Source: Eledone cirrhosa (taxonomy: Eukaryota). Taken from it: a stretch of DNA of 64,000 bases. The notes under the pieces are model-generated. The model had not been told where the DNA came from. It saw only the letters and a list, made by a program, of their open reading frames with translations, and ran no database searches. Where the stretch lies: positions 115,196,001-115,260,000 of the forward strand of contig OZ024741.1 of NCBI GenBank assembly GCA_964016885.1, in the 5' to 3' direction. The first letter of the stretch is position 1, and the number at the start of each line of letters is the position of its first letter. A program made the translations under genes and the position numbers. Below are positions 22,457 to 36,474 of the stretch, piece by piece.

Positions 22457-23526
22457 AGAGTTGAGATGGAGGGTCTGTGGTTTTTCTCACATCTGGTTGG
22501 TCTTTGAATATTACTTGTTTTATATGGAAAAAAGTGGCTCGAAACGCCAGGTTTTTACAGAAGTAATTTGATAGATTGTTCAATAAGTATAATAAATTTC
22601 GCGCCAGTTCCCGTTACAAAGTTCTTCAAACAGGGGGGGGGGGGGGCTCAGGTTGTTTTTCATATATGAGTGAAGTTTGGTTGGTTGATGCAGTCACGTG
22701 AATAAGCACATCAGCTTTCGCGCCAGTCTGTTTGAATTTCTTTTTACTTAAAAAAGGGGGCTCACGAAGGCTTTTTTAAAAAATGTAATTTGATTGGTTA
22801 TAAATGAAATTATGGCTGTCAAGTGAACAAGTTCATTAAAATTCGCGCCCGTATTTGGGAATTTATTTTTTAGCCTTTTAGAGAATTTTATGACAAACAA
22901 AAGATAATGGTCAAGAGAAATGGGATGGGAGAATTGTTCTGGTTCAGTGAATATGGCTGGTTCGCTGGGGTGTTAGAATTCAGACTTTCTATTGAAATAA
23001 AGAAAGTAGAGATATGTATGTTTATTTGTGTGCTGTGTGTGTGTGTAGGAAGATGATTCTATTAGTAGAAATGAGGGAGGGAGTTGTGTATGTGTCTATA
23101 TGGGTGCTATGTGTGTGTGTGTGTGGGAGTATGTTAAGATGGAGAGAATATATATATTTTGTGTGTGTGTGTAGAAAAGTTATTCTATTAGTAGAAATGG
23201 GGGAGGGAGTTGTGTGTGTATGTGGGGGGGGGGTATGTGTGTGTGTATGGGTGTTATGTGTGTGTGGGAGTATGGTTAGCATGTTAAGATGAAGAGAATA
23301 TATATATATTGTGTGTGTGTGTGTGTAGGAAAATGATTCCGTTAGTAGGAATATTTTTGAATGAACATATTTTCCTTACTTATTCGTATTTGTTCTGTTG
23401 TATTGTCAGCGCAAACGTATGTTAAGGTTTATTTAGTTCGGGTTTTTATTTTCTAAAGTAGAAGGTGTTATGTGTGTATGTGTCTGTTTGGATGGTTAGC
23501 ATGTTATGGTGTTGACATAATGTATA

Positions 23527-25570
23527 TTAAACCATATTTAATGTTGGTCTATATTTTTCAATAAACATATTTTCCTTATTTATTCGTATTTGTTCTGTTG
23601 TAATGTCAGCGCATAGGTAAAATGGGAAGACTTGGAATTTGGGTGTCTTATTACTTGCGCATATGTCTAGATATGCGCTTAGTGGTATCTGTCTCGTGGT
23701 TGGATCTCGTAATTGTTGGCGATGAACTGTCATTCTGTTTCTGATTGTGAGTTTAGTTTGTCCTATATAATCTTCATTGCATCCTTTACATTTAATGGCA
23801 TAAACTAGATTTTTTGATGAGCAAGTGAAGTGATTTTTTACAGTAAAATTTTGTCCTGATTTAAATGTATACGTATTGCCTTCAATGAAGTGAGTGCAGG
23901 TTCCACAATTAGAGCGACCATATTTTTTGACACTTGGTTGTGGGTTTGTGGTAGGTAATTTGGCATTGGTGAGTAATGTTTTCAGTGATTTCGGTTGTCT
24001 TTTGCTTTTGATTATTTTGTGCGTTTCAAGGGCTTTTTTCATTCTTGGGTTTTGTTTTAGTAGTGGGATGTTCTTGTGAATAGTATTGTAAGCTTCCGCA
24101 TTTCTTGGGTTGTGTGTTGAGATATATGATAGAATATTGGACGTACCTTGAATTTGTTTCTGTTTTCGTAATCCATCAATGCCGATTGCTTTAGCCCTTT
24201 CTATTCCATTATTCATTAGTAATGGAGGGTAGAACTTCCTTTAATTCTTGAAGTCTTTTATTTCGCGTTTCATAATTGGAGACAATTGTGCAAATTATTC
24301 TTAATAGGTTAAAAGGAATGTTCGTCTTCGAGTGCTTTGGATGGTTGGAGGTGAATAGCAGGTATTGTTTGGAATCTGTTGGTTTGTAGTGTATGTCAGT
24401 TTCAATATTTGTGTCTTTTTTTAAGATTAAGATGTCCAGAAATGGTAATTGATCTTGGCTGTATTCCATTGTGAATTGGATGTGGTTATTGATGCCGTTA
24501 ATTACATTTTTGAAATCCTTCAGTTGGTCGGGTGTGTGGGACCAAAGAATGAGACAATCATCCAATTAGCGTTTCCAATTCTCTGATAAATATTTGTGGA
24601 AGTTCAATCCGTATTTTGATTTGGACTTTTCATATATCTGGACTTCTAAGTATGCCATGACTAAGTTGGCATAGATTGGAGCGGCTTTTGTACTCATCGC
24701 AGTCCTCGATATTTGCTTGTAAGTACTGCCATCGAAATCAAAAAAATTGTTCGGTAAGATAAATTTTAATCCGTCGGTGATGAAGCTTATTTCTATTCTG
24801 CCAGGTATATTCTCACTGGGATATTTCTCTAGCCAGAATCCTATTGCTTCTAGTCAGTATTGGTATGGGATCGTTGTGTAGAGATTCACTACATCGAAAT
24901 ACACAATAATAGTGTCGTTGTTGACATGTTTGAGGTGGTTTAAGAGGTCCCATTGTGGGCTCGCTACAATTGGTCTTAATTTAAGGTGTGTTGGGTATTG
25001 TGTGTTCACGCAGGCTGAGGTGGATTGTTTACAGTCATCGTTAATTATTTTACACTTGTGGATCTTCGGAAGTCCGTAAAGGTTGCTGGTTTTGTATTCA
25101 AAATGTGTTAAATAATCGCGTTCCTTTTTAGTTAAGTCTTCCTGGTATCGACAAATCAGTGTGTTTAATTTGGTCATTGTTTTTGATTGCTGGTAGTTTT
25201 TTACTCTTTCATAGCAAATAGTATTTTGTAAGAGAGAGAACATAGAATTTTTATATTTTTCAGCCTCCATAATGACAACAGTACTTCCCTTGTCCGCTTC
25301 CTTAATTATAATGTCCGTATTGTTTTTTAGCTCATGGATAATCTCCCATTCCCTTCGACTCGTGTTGGGTTTGGGTTTAGGTTGCGGTAGTTCATGGTAT
25401 GGGAAAGTAGCTATGTGGTCACAAAATTTGTCCAGAACTCTGTTTCTACATTTTGTTGGGTTGTAGCTGCTTTTATTCCATACAATTTATTGGTCGTTAT
25501 TCTCCTTATCAGCAAATTCCTCTGTGAGACGTAATTTTCTACAGAAGTGTGAGATATCGTCATTTATCAA
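23527..25570 (-). pseudogene. Disrupted PLE RT + GIY-YIG ORF
   Basis: LYGLPKIHK, LRPIV, FDVVNLYTTIP, DDCLILW, LPFLDI, YKPT, NLVYAIKCKGCNEDYIGQT; split by stops and frameshifts. Confidence 0.9.
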
Positions 25571-25609
<39 letters not shown>

Positions 25610-25614
<5 letters not shown>

Positions 25615-25740
25615 ATATAATAAATTGGAAGACTAAAATCCAAAGAGGGCTCGATAAGGATAAATACATATCAAATATAAAACAACCGTTAAGGATGAAA
25701 GCAGCGATTGTTTGCTTAAACTTTAATCTGTTATTTTAAT
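25610..25740. mobile_element. Tiny inverted pLTR remnant of the 17659-20537 Naiad
   Basis: 25610-25685 matches 17659-17735; 25686-25740 matches 20478-20532. Confidence 0.8.
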
Positions 25741-25769
25741 ATATCTATATCTATCTATATATATATATA

Positions 25770-26800
25770 TAATTGAAAAAGTGGAGAATAACATGGTCAA
25801 CAGTACAAAAAAGGGGATTTATTTACAGTCTAACAATTGTTTCACTTATAGAGTTGTCTAAAAATTGCTGAACACTAAAAACAGTGCCACTCAATTTTAA
25901 ATACGATGTTAACCCTACTAGATCATCGGAAACTGAAATAATATATATGTAACCGGCAAATTTACAAATTCAAATTACATCATCAATAATAATATTAATA
26001 ATAAAGATATAGAGAGAAATAAAATAGAAATAAAATAGAGAAATGAAATAGAAATATAAAAATATATATATATGAAAAAATGGTGAAAATATGATGATGT
26101 TAAATATATTTATGTTTGTATTTATGTGTATTGGTTATTTTAATAAATAAATACATTAATTAGTTTTAAGTTATATTATATGATAAAATAAAATGACAGA
26201 GATGAAATAAATAGTGAAAAGCAGAGATATATAAAATAAGAAAGTAAATATAAGAAGTTTTGATGTTGTTCTTTGATAGATAGTAACAATTATAATTATA
26301 ATGATGATGATATTGATAATGTGATATCATAATAGATCCAAGTGGTACAACCTGGGTTATGGAATAGATAAGATGGAATTAAGCTGGTCTAAAGGTCTCA
26401 AATTTGGTTGCAGATTTATGTCGACAAAAAATGTTTTTTTCGATTTTACTATTAAGAAGAATTTTGCTGTAATTTAACATTTGGAACAGTTCCATATTAC
26501 AGAGAGTACAGTGGGCATACCAATTTGATAGGCCTTTGCTTTTGATAGCTTTGTCCAGCTGATTTTATATTCCATGTTTGCATCTTTAAGTTGCCAGATT
26601 TTATTGGCGAGAGTCTTTGTATTTGTGAGAGATTCCTGTTACTCATAGAGTGTCTGTGTACGTACCACCTTTTCTTAAACTCCCCAGCTGTGAAACCAAT
26701 ATAATACCATGCTAAGCTATCTGAATTTATAGTACATAGGTATACTATATTTGTCTCTAGGCATCTGTTTTGTAAAGGGCATTTGTCAGGTAGATGGCAG

Positions 26801-26803
<3 letters not shown>
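25770..26803 (-). mobile_element. Truncated Naiad-type PLE: GIY-YIG fragment plus 3' UTR
   Basis: Minus strand 26803-26400 reads CHLPDKCPLQNRCLETNIVYLC..LYIGFTAGEFKKRW..KIWQLKD..CTLC..CRHK with frameshifts (hand translation). Confidence 0.8.
25826..25935 (-). ncRNA. Type I hammerhead, CCGATGA core, long stem II
   Basis: CAGTTT-CCGATGA-..GTAGGGTT/AACTCTAT..-GAAAC-AATT-GTT-AGACTG, then AATAAA. Confidence 0.7.
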
Positions 26804-26844
<41 letters not shown>

Positions 26845-26850
<6 letters not shown>

Positions 26851-27830
26851 GACGTAAAATAAGAAAATTTTAAAATTAACTTACTTACTAAAATTTTCAC
26901 TCCAACTAATTAGTTTCTGTAAGGGAATAAATATAGTTACGCAACGCAACTATATAGTGCCCTGAAATCTAGTCCCCGCTTGCTTTTTTCCATCCACTGA
27001 ATTATTATTTTTATATGGGTTCCTAGTGTCCGCGCATTGCCTGGGAACTTAGCTGAGAATAGACTCCCTGATGACTTAAGGATTTCTCTATAGTTGCGTT
27101 GCTAACTATATTTATTCCCATACAGAAACTAATTAGTTGGAGTGAAAATTTTAGTAAGTAAGTTAATTTTAAAATTTTCTCATTTTACGTCTTTCATATA
27201 ATTGTTCTGCATCCCCTTGCATAGAACTACAAAGGTAATAAGACATAACATATATTTGCTAGCATGAGTATACATCTGTATACATATGTTGGTATATATA
27301 CTAATTCTCCATATTTATCTCCAAATTATTTGTTGAGCAAAACTTGCCGAAATTTACTGCTATGGTTCATGATAGTAGAAAGGCTCTTGTCTTATCACCA
27401 CTCCACTCCTCACTGATTAACCTCAGTGTCACGTGATTGATTCTTTAGAGTTTGCCACTGACCAAGTAGGCAGTGAATTTTTTCAGTGTCCTGGAATCTA
27501 GTCCCCGCTTGCTTTTTTCCATCCACTGAATTATTATTTTTATATGGGTTCCTAGTGTCCGCGCATTGCCTGGGAACTTAGCTGAGAATAGACTCCCTGA
27601 TGACGTAAGAATTTCTCTATAGTTGCGTTGCGTAACTATATTTATTCTCTTACAGAAACTAATTAGTTGGAGTGAAAATTTTAGTAAGTTAATTTTAAAA
27701 TTTTATTATTTTACGTCTTTCATATAATTGTTCTGCATCCCCTTGCATAGAACCACAAAGGTACTAAGACATAACATATATATTTGCTAGCATGAGTATA
27801 CATCTGTATACATATGTTGGTAGATATACT
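26845..27830 (+). repeat. Non-coding ~530-bp tandem unit (about 1.6 copies) with 5' inverted piece and one hammerhead per unit
   Basis: 26970-27305 repeats at 27495-27830; 26845-26957 is the inverse of 27087-27198. Confidence 0.9.
27592..27673 (+). ncRNA. Type I hammerhead (second copy at 27063-27143)
   Basis: ACTCC-CTGATGA-..TATAGTTGCG/CGTAACTATA..-GAA-ACT-AATT-AGT-T-GGAGT; palindromic stem III. Confidence 0.85.
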
Positions 27831-27986
<156 letters not shown>

Positions 27987-28553
27987 TAGCGAGAATCGCA
28001 TTTCGGCTATTGGAAATTAGCGAAAAACCACTTCCGAGAGTGCGGCAAGCGCTCCATAGAAACTAGTGAACTAGAGCAACAACGTACGTTAAAAGGCCAA
28101 ACACACTGAGACGATGGTTAAACCATTATTTGCAAAGGCATAGAAACTACCTAGCTATTCGGGTCAAACAAATAATAAAATATGATTGAAAATTATACCC
28201 TGACCCCTGGAAGCGGTGGTAAAATCCAATTCTGCAACTCCTAAATCAGGGACTGTCTGCTTAAACAAATAATGTTAAGCTTTTGGTATGATGATCGAAC
28301 AAGGAAGTCACTTTCTCAACAGGCATTTAGTTCTATGCAAAGCTAAGGACTGACCGTTATCTGAACCCACGTGTGGGTTAGAAGGGAGATAAACCCTTGT
28401 CTTGGCGGATGAATTCAGTATGTGTGGTTATTGCAAAATTGCAACACATCACAAAACCAATTAAGCTCTCAAAAGAATAGGTTTTAAAAATTAATATAAA
28501 AATTAACATAAGCTATTAATCAGTCAATAGAATTAATAAAAAAAAACATAAAT

Positions 28554-28609
<56 letters not shown>

Positions 28610-28621
28610 CGCATATATATA

Positions 28622-29727
28622 TATTAGCAGTATCAGTAGAGCGTCGGACAACAGGTTTCGTGGCGTATAGTTCAAATTCTGCCGAGGTTAGCTTTGCTTT
28701 TCATCCTTACTGGGTCGATAAAATAAAGTACCAGTCTCGCACTGGAGTCGATTTATTCGACTTTCCCCTCCTCCCAAATTGCTGGTATTGTGCCTATATA
28801 AGAAACCATTATTATATGGAGAGTAGAGGACGGGATATTAGCAGTATCGGTTGAGCATCGGACAACATATAGTTACGGTCCTTTACCTTCTGAGTTCCAA
28901 TCCCGTCGAGGTAACACAATGGGTCGGCTTAATTGACTTTCCGATTCCCTTCAAATTGCTGGCCATGTGTAGAAAGGAGAACCAATTATTATATCGCGAA
29001 TATTCATACCTTTACATCCACCTGGTATATATAATTCTGTGTGGTGGATTGGTAGAATCATTAGAGAGTCGAATAAACTGCATTGTTGCATTTAGTTACA
29101 ATCCACTTCGTTCTGAATTCAAATCTCACCGCGGACAACTTCGTGTTACCTACTTCCAGAGTCGAAAGAATAAAGTACCAGTGAAGTACTGGTTTCGATA
29201 TAATCAAACCTAGGCCTAAATTAGAAATCATTATATATATATATATATAATGATTTCTAATTTAGGCCTAGGGCAGCAGTTTAGGGATTGAGAAAATTGA
29301 TTATATCGAAACCAGTACTTCACTGGTACTTTATTCTTCGCGGGAGATTGGCAGTATCGTTTGAGGGTCGGACGCCATGCTTTGCAGCATAGTTACGTCC
29401 CTTTACGATCTGAGTTCAAATCCCTCCGACGTTGACTTTGCCTTTCATCCTTACGGGGTCGATAAAATAAAGTACCAGTAATGCACTGGGTAATTGCTGG
29501 CCTTGTGCCTAAAGTAGAAACAATTATATATATATATAAGGGCGGTGAATTGACAGTACTGGAAGAGGGTCAGACATGCTTTCCAGCGTAGTTACGTCCC
29601 TTTACGATCTCAGTTCAACTCTCGCCGAGGTTAACTTTGCCTTTCATCCTTACCGGCTCGATAAAATAAAGTACCAGTAATACACTGGGATAATAGCTGG
29701 CCTTGTGCCAAAAGTAGAAACAATTAT
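28622..29727 (+). mobile_element. Cluster of about five tRNA-derived SINE copies plus an inverted fragment
   Basis: TGGCAGTATCGG A-box-like and GAGTTCAAATCC B-box; conserved CTTTGCCTTTCATCCTTACGGGGTCGATAAAATAAAGTACCAG body. Confidence 0.85.
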
Positions 29728-29925
29728 AAATATATATATATAATTCAGAAAAACACGGTGAAAACACAGAAGACACAAACACAAGGACACTTCCCGCTCA
29801 TCGGCTTCTGTGGATCACTGAAGTTTCGATGTTTCTCTTATGACTCCACCTGTGTACATATTCTTCTATAGAACATGTATTTGGTATGTATACTATATAC
29901 TGCGTTTCTTATACGATATATCGCT

Positions 29926-30078
<153 letters not shown>

Positions 30079-30241
30079 TTTTTTTCCATTTGGTTATATA
30101 TATATATATAAGAAGATAAGACAGTTTTCAATTTTTGTCGGTAAAATCAAACTTGCAGAGTGATTATGCAACTATTAATGAAGAGAGGCAGCTTGCCGAA
30201 TAGATCAATCAACCTGCATAATTGAATCCTGCAAGATGTTA

Positions 30242-30340
<99 letters not shown>

Positions 30341-30352
30341 AATATACATATT

Positions 30353-30491
<139 letters not shown>

Positions 30492-30546
30492 AATATGGGG
30501 AGAAGAATACTGCATGGTTGCACATGGATAACATGTTATAAAATGA

Positions 30547-30647
30547 GTCCCTCATCAGTGATTTGCCAACGGTCATTGGTATTTCATTGCATTAAAGATC
30601 ATATACCTCACGTTGGTGCAATAATAACAAAAATAAGTTATTAGGAC
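30547..30647 (-). ncRNA. Reverse-order (pseudoknotted) hammerhead candidate, family P2
   Basis: GTCC-[TAATAAC/GTTATTA]-TTGCA-CCAACG-TGA-GGTAT-A-TGAT..TGCAA-T-GAA-ATACC-AATGAC-CGTTGG-CAAATCA-CTGATGA-G-GGAC. Confidence 0.65.
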
Positions 30648-31081
30648 AATTAAAACGCGTAAAGCGAGTGAGACAAGTAAACAACACAGGGGAAAGCTAA
30701 CCGAAGATAGGAAGAAACACAAGCTACATAGTTATTCTATCAGTATAAGCTGGGTGAATATATGAGCGATTAAGAAATAGACCTTTCGCGATGTATCCGA
30801 TGTGAGAACGAAGGAAAATCGTTTTCGTGGCGAACGGGGGGAAGTGAGAAGGGGAGAAACAGTGAGTGAGTGAATGGAAGTGCGAGGAAGTGGTCAGTAG
30901 AGAGAAAGTGTTAACTGACATGACAGAGGGGACGAAAGAAAGTAAGAGAAACAGAGAGAACGAGGGAACAGTAAGAGAGAGAGAGAGAGAAAAACAGAAT
31001 CGCAGTTTAGGTAAATATATGTGAAAAATATGGGGAGAAGAATACTGCATGGTTGCACATGGATAACATGTTATAAAATGA

Positions 31082-31182
31082 GTCCCTCATCAGTGATTTG
31101 CCAACGATCATAGATATTTCGTTGCATTAAAAATCATATACCTCACGTTGATGCAATAATAACTAAATTAAGTTATTAGGAC
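31082..31182 (-). ncRNA. Reverse-order hammerhead candidate, family P2 copy 2
   Basis: Stem I TGATTT/AAATCA; G-C closes stem II; substitutions give G-U pairs. Confidence 0.68.
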
Positions 31183-31611
31183 AATTAAAACGCGTAAAGC
31201 GAGTGAGACAAGTAAACAACAAAGAGGAAAGCTAACCGTAGATAGGAAGGGCACAAGCTACATAGTTATTCTGTCAGCATAAGCTGGGTGAATATATGAG
31301 CGCGTAGAAAATAGACCTTTCGAGATGAATCCAAATGTAAGAAAGAAGGAAATTGTTTTCGTTGCGAACGGGGTGAAGTGAGAAGGGGAGAAACAGTGAG
31401 TGAGTGAGTGGAAGTGTGAGGAAGAGGTCAGTAGAGAGAAAGTGTTAACTGACATGACAGAGGGGGCGAAAGAAAGTAAGAGAAACAGAAAGAACGAGGG
31501 AGCAGTAAGAGAGAGAGAGAGAAAAACAGAATTGCAGTTTAGGTACATATATGTGAAAAAATGGGGAGAAGAATACTGCAGGTTGCACATGGATAACATG
31601 TTATAAAATGC

Positions 31612-31712
31612 GTCCCTCATCAGTGATTTGCCAACGGTCATTGGTATTTCATTGCATTAAAAATCATATACCTCACGTTGGTGCAATCATAACAAAAATA
31701 AGTTATTAGGAC
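31612..31712 (-). ncRNA. Reverse-order hammerhead candidate, family P2 copy 3
   Basis: Same motif with a 6-bp stem I. Confidence 0.65.
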
Positions 31713-31815
31713 AATTAAAACGCGTAAAGCGAGTGAGACAAGTAAACAACACAGGGGAATATATATATATATACTGTATATGTATATAAGTAAATATGTT
31801 TTCCTAACATATTTA

Positions 31816-31911
<96 letters not shown>

Positions 31912-32453
31912 TATGTATACGTACATACATATATGTATACAGACGTACAGTAGTATGTATATATATACATACATGCATATATATATATATATAAATATAT
32001 ATATATATATGTATATATAAGTAAATATATTAAGAAAATATATTTACTTATATATACATATATATATATATAGTAATGTGTCGTGATTTTGAATCACAGT
32101 GTAATAAGAAGATAAATAATTAACTTTAAAGAAAGCAGGTGAAGATTATTTATCACGATTAAAAAAAAATTAACTTGATAGACGAGGTTAGGTGTCGGAC
32201 TGATATTAGGTATGTTGGTGTGAAATATTCATACGTTTCATATCTTATTAGGCCACTCTTCTCAGCGAACTATATTCCAATGCGTAGTATTATAGAACAA
32301 TAAAAACGATGAAAGTTTCGAATCAGGAATTATTTACATTTAAAATGTAGTGACCAGAATTTATAGTCTGTCAGAACAGAATTTTCAAATATTGAAATTA
32401 CACGAGGAACGGAAGAAAAGCAATTTTCGTTTCGAGTTTCACTTTTATGGCTA

Positions 32454-32504
<51 letters not shown>

Positions 32505-33238
32505 TCTCTCTCTCTCTCTCTATGTATATATATATATATATATATGCGTGTGTGTGTGTGTGTGTAATATTACATATTAAATTTAAGTAAAAACAACTCT
32601 ATGGAAGTATAAGCCAGACAGAGCAAAATAATTTTTATACAATCTCACTTATCTATATATATCTCCCTACCATGGTTTCATGTGCGGAAGAAGTAATTAT
32701 TGGAAAATACCAATATTTCAAGAATCTGCAAGCTCACCAGGAAGTTATTCCTCAATCCTAAGAGGCTCTAATGAACATGAAATTATACTTGCTGTTGCCG
32801 AGGCAGCATACTGAACAAACCACGTTGTACAGTTGAACTATTAAATGAACAAATGTCTTTTAATATATTACAACTACGTGACAAGCTTATAGTGCCGCTA
32901 GAAATAGCACCCAAAAGACCGTCTGATACAACTCAACAAATTAGGAGCAGCTTAATATTAATTAAAGATTAATTAGATGTTTAATTAAAAATGCTGTGAT
33001 ATATCGATGCTACTGATCCACCGGATTTATTACGATATAATGAAGGTATTTTCCTGAAATCGGAGGGAGTTACCTGTGGTTACTGGGTTTAACCATCATC
33101 ACCACCACCACCTACTACTATTACTACTACTACTACTACTACAAACACCACCACCAACACCACCACCTGTACCACCAACAGTATCACCACAATTTCCACT
33201 CACCACCACCACCACTGCCGCCGCAGTCGCCGCTGCTG

Positions 33239-33277
<39 letters not shown>

Positions 33278-33682
33278 AAATGCGTTTTGTATGTACTGTC
33301 ATACTATATATGTTCGTAGTTAAAGTGTAAACATAATTGACTTTATAAGAATAACCACGATTTAATTATTCAATAATATTTTCATTCATTTCGTGACTAC
33401 GAGTAGTTTCTGATTTTCTGTATTCTTCCTCTGTAAATTATTCTAAAAAATAAATATTCCATCATATATTACAGTCCTACTAATTTTGTTTGAGAGCAAC
33501 AATTACCAAAGTATGGAATTCATATAAATAAATAAATAAATAAATATATATATATGTGTGGTTTTTAAATCCAAATTCAATAAACAGACCAGGATTTTTT
33601 CATTCCGAGGTTTGAAAGCAACATTTTTTGCTTTTAAGAAACCACTGGTAAATGGAATAATTGCCTTATGTTGTTTATTACA

Positions 33683-33747
<65 letters not shown>

Positions 33748-33787
33748 GTGTGTGTGTATGTGTGTGCGTGAGTGTGTTTATGTGTGA

Positions 33788-33827
<40 letters not shown>

Positions 33828-34254
33828 AGAGAGAGAGAGAGAGAGAGAGAATGTTGATCAATACAAAATTATATCGATCATATTGTCTCGTTGTCTGGTA
33901 ATCGCTCAATGACAAAATAGTTTCGAAAAAAACTGGTCAGAGTGTACACATAGCAAATAATATTACCTCGACTAATGTAACCAAGATCATGCGAGGATAT
34001 ATATATTTAAAAGGCATAGGGAAAATGGTATTGGAAGCAACGAATTTACATGAAGGTGGTAATACCGATTCTAAAGCCTATAACGTTATTAAATAGAAGG
34101 CATCATATATATATGTTATTGTTATTATTATCATTTTAAGGGCGGTGGAATGGCAGAATCGGTAGAGCGTCGGACATCCTTCTTCGCGGCATAGAGTTAT
34201 GGCAAATTAAAACTATGGCATCTTTTGTTAACAGTCCAAATCTTCAAGTGTCAA

Positions 34255-35965
34255 TTTGTGCAGATAGAGTACCAGCTTGTGGTCATGCACGATAGTACAA
34301 TGACCGAATATCTAACGATGTGGGATTAGTAATAGTTGGAACATCATTTTTACTCATAAAGATAACACCAAAGAAAATCTTTGAATTACATGGATCTTAT
34401 GATCCATTACAATATTCTTTGATTCTTTGGAGAGGAAAGGATGGCTATTCGTTGGATTTATCTTTATACAATCCAAATACAAATCAAACAGTCCCAAATA
34501 AGAATATTAGATGCAGGCAATATTGTGCATATCATATACAACTAAGAAATACTTGGAATCAAATTGTAAGATGTAAATGATTGTTCCAAATGTATTTAGT
34601 TGATATCTATGCCAAAATTAATTTCGTTTTTCAAATTGAACGAAACTGGCGAATATGCAAGAAGTTTCTTATGAAAAGAATTTCCATCTCATTATACTCT
34701 TACTGTCAATACAACATGGAAAAGAAGATTGAATGGTAGATTTGTGCAAACATATTCTAGAATTTACACTGTACCACCTAATCAAACAGAATGCTATTAT
34801 CTCAGATTATTGCTGAACGTAGTTAGAGGTCCAAAATCTTTCAGAGACGTAAAAACACACGAGGATATTGTCTATAATACATTTAGAGAAGCTTGTTTGG
34901 CAAGGGGATTGTTAGAAGATGACAATCATCTACAACTAGCACTTAGAGAAACTGTTTCTACCGAACTGCCATACCAGATGAGATACTTATTTGTAATAAC
35001 TCTAATTCATTGCAATCCTTCTGATCCTGTAGTATTATATGAAGAATTTAAACAACCAATGTCAGTTGATATTCTATATCGATTAACAAACAAAACAAGA
35101 AAAAATAAATGATGAAGAAATATTATACAGTGAACTTTTACACAAACTTAAAGCTCCTTTATATGAAATAGGACAAAAGGCTTTGATTGAAATAGGACTA
35201 CCTGAACCAACTTACAAAGAACTAGAAGTAAACAATATTGAAAAAGTAAATGAACACTTCGAAATAAGAAACTTTGTAGATGTGTATGAACCATTGTTGA
35301 ATGAAGAACAAAGACTTATTTACACTACAATCAATGATTCAATAACCAATAGAAATGAACAAACATTATATTTGTTAGATACTCCAGGTGGAACTGGAAA
35401 AACATTTTTGATCAATCTTTTTCTACCAAACATTAAAATGAATGGTTATATTAGTATAGTCGTTGATTCTTCAGGAATAACAGCAACTTTAATAGATAAT
35501 GGAAAAACAGTATATTCAATGTTTAAATTACCATTTTCATCATCAATACTTGATGAATTGACAACGTCAACTAGGAAAAATAGTCAAATTTGGATAACCT
35601 TAGAAAATTGTAATTTATTAGTATGGGATGAAGTTACAATGTCACACAAAAAGATTTTAGAGGCTGTTGATAAAACATTGAAAGAGATTAAAAAGAATAA
35701 TTTACCTTTTGGTGGTATTACTGTTTTACTAGCTGGTGATTTTAGACAAATACATCCTGTAGTACCAAAAGGTACAAAAGCTGATGAAATAGATGCATCT
35801 ATCAAGGTATCTCATTTATAGTCATTATTCTACAAATTGTCATTAAGAATTAATATGAGAGTGCATATCCTAAAAAATAAGGACTTACAGGACTTTTCAA
35901 ATAAACTATTATAAATAGAAGAAAAAAGGATCCCAAGTGACGACAATCACATGATATTACCAGTG
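34255..35965 (+). pseudogene. Disrupted Helitron Rep-helicase (PIF1-like) fragment
   Basis: HGSYDPLQY; RIYTVPP..YYLRLLL..GPKSF..TFREAC..GLLEDD; Walker A PGGTGKT; WDE; GDFRQ. Confidence 0.9.
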
Positions 35966-35969
35966 GAAA

Positions 35970-36162
35970 GGGCGGTGCATTGGCAGTATCGGTAGAGGGT
36001 CGGATACCATGCTTTGATGCACAGAGTTACGGCCCTTGCCATTTTGAGTTCAAATCCTGCCGAGGTTAACTTTGCCTTTCACCCTTACGGAGTCGATAAT
36101 TAAAGTACCAGCAATACACTAGGTAATTGCTGGCCTTGTGCCAAAAGAAGAAACAATTATTA
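35970..36162 (+). mobile_element. tRNA-derived SINE (a head-only copy lies at 34140-34203)
   Basis: Same head, body and tail as the 29 kb copies. Confidence 0.85.
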
Positions 36163-36210
36163 GCAGTGGGAAATAGAGTTGAGAGGGAAATTGATTTCGA
36201 AACATTTATG

Positions 36211-36246
<36 letters not shown>

Positions 36247-36321
36247 CATATATATATATATATACATATACTTATATATATATATATACATACACATATA
36301 TATGTATATATATACATATAC

Positions 36322-36352
<31 letters not shown>

Positions 36353-36474
36353 TATATATATATACATATACATATATATATACATATATATATACACATA
36401 TATAAATACATATACATATATATAAATATATATATACATATATATACATATATATACAAACATACATATATATA

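Larger units (their letters stand above)
22352..25572 (-). mobile_element. 5'-truncated Penelope-like element (non-Naiad, Neptune/Nematis-like), family B
   Basis: Broken RT-GIY-YIG ORF followed by a 3' UTR ending in HHR plus AATAAA; the UTR is homologous to 44692-45812. Confidence 0.88.

Noticed and set aside
28990-29130. tRNA gene
   Set aside because: A/B-box-like head without a cloverleaf, followed by the SINE body.
32196-32240. CTGATAT...GAAAT-ATTC-ATA hammerhead-like string; similar weak hits at about 4371, 7794, 47452 and 54347
   Set aside because: The core is incomplete and stems I/II are not convincing.
33076-33330. His/Leu/Thr-run ORF
   Set aside because: It is a translation of (CAC)n/(TAC)n trinucleotide repeats.
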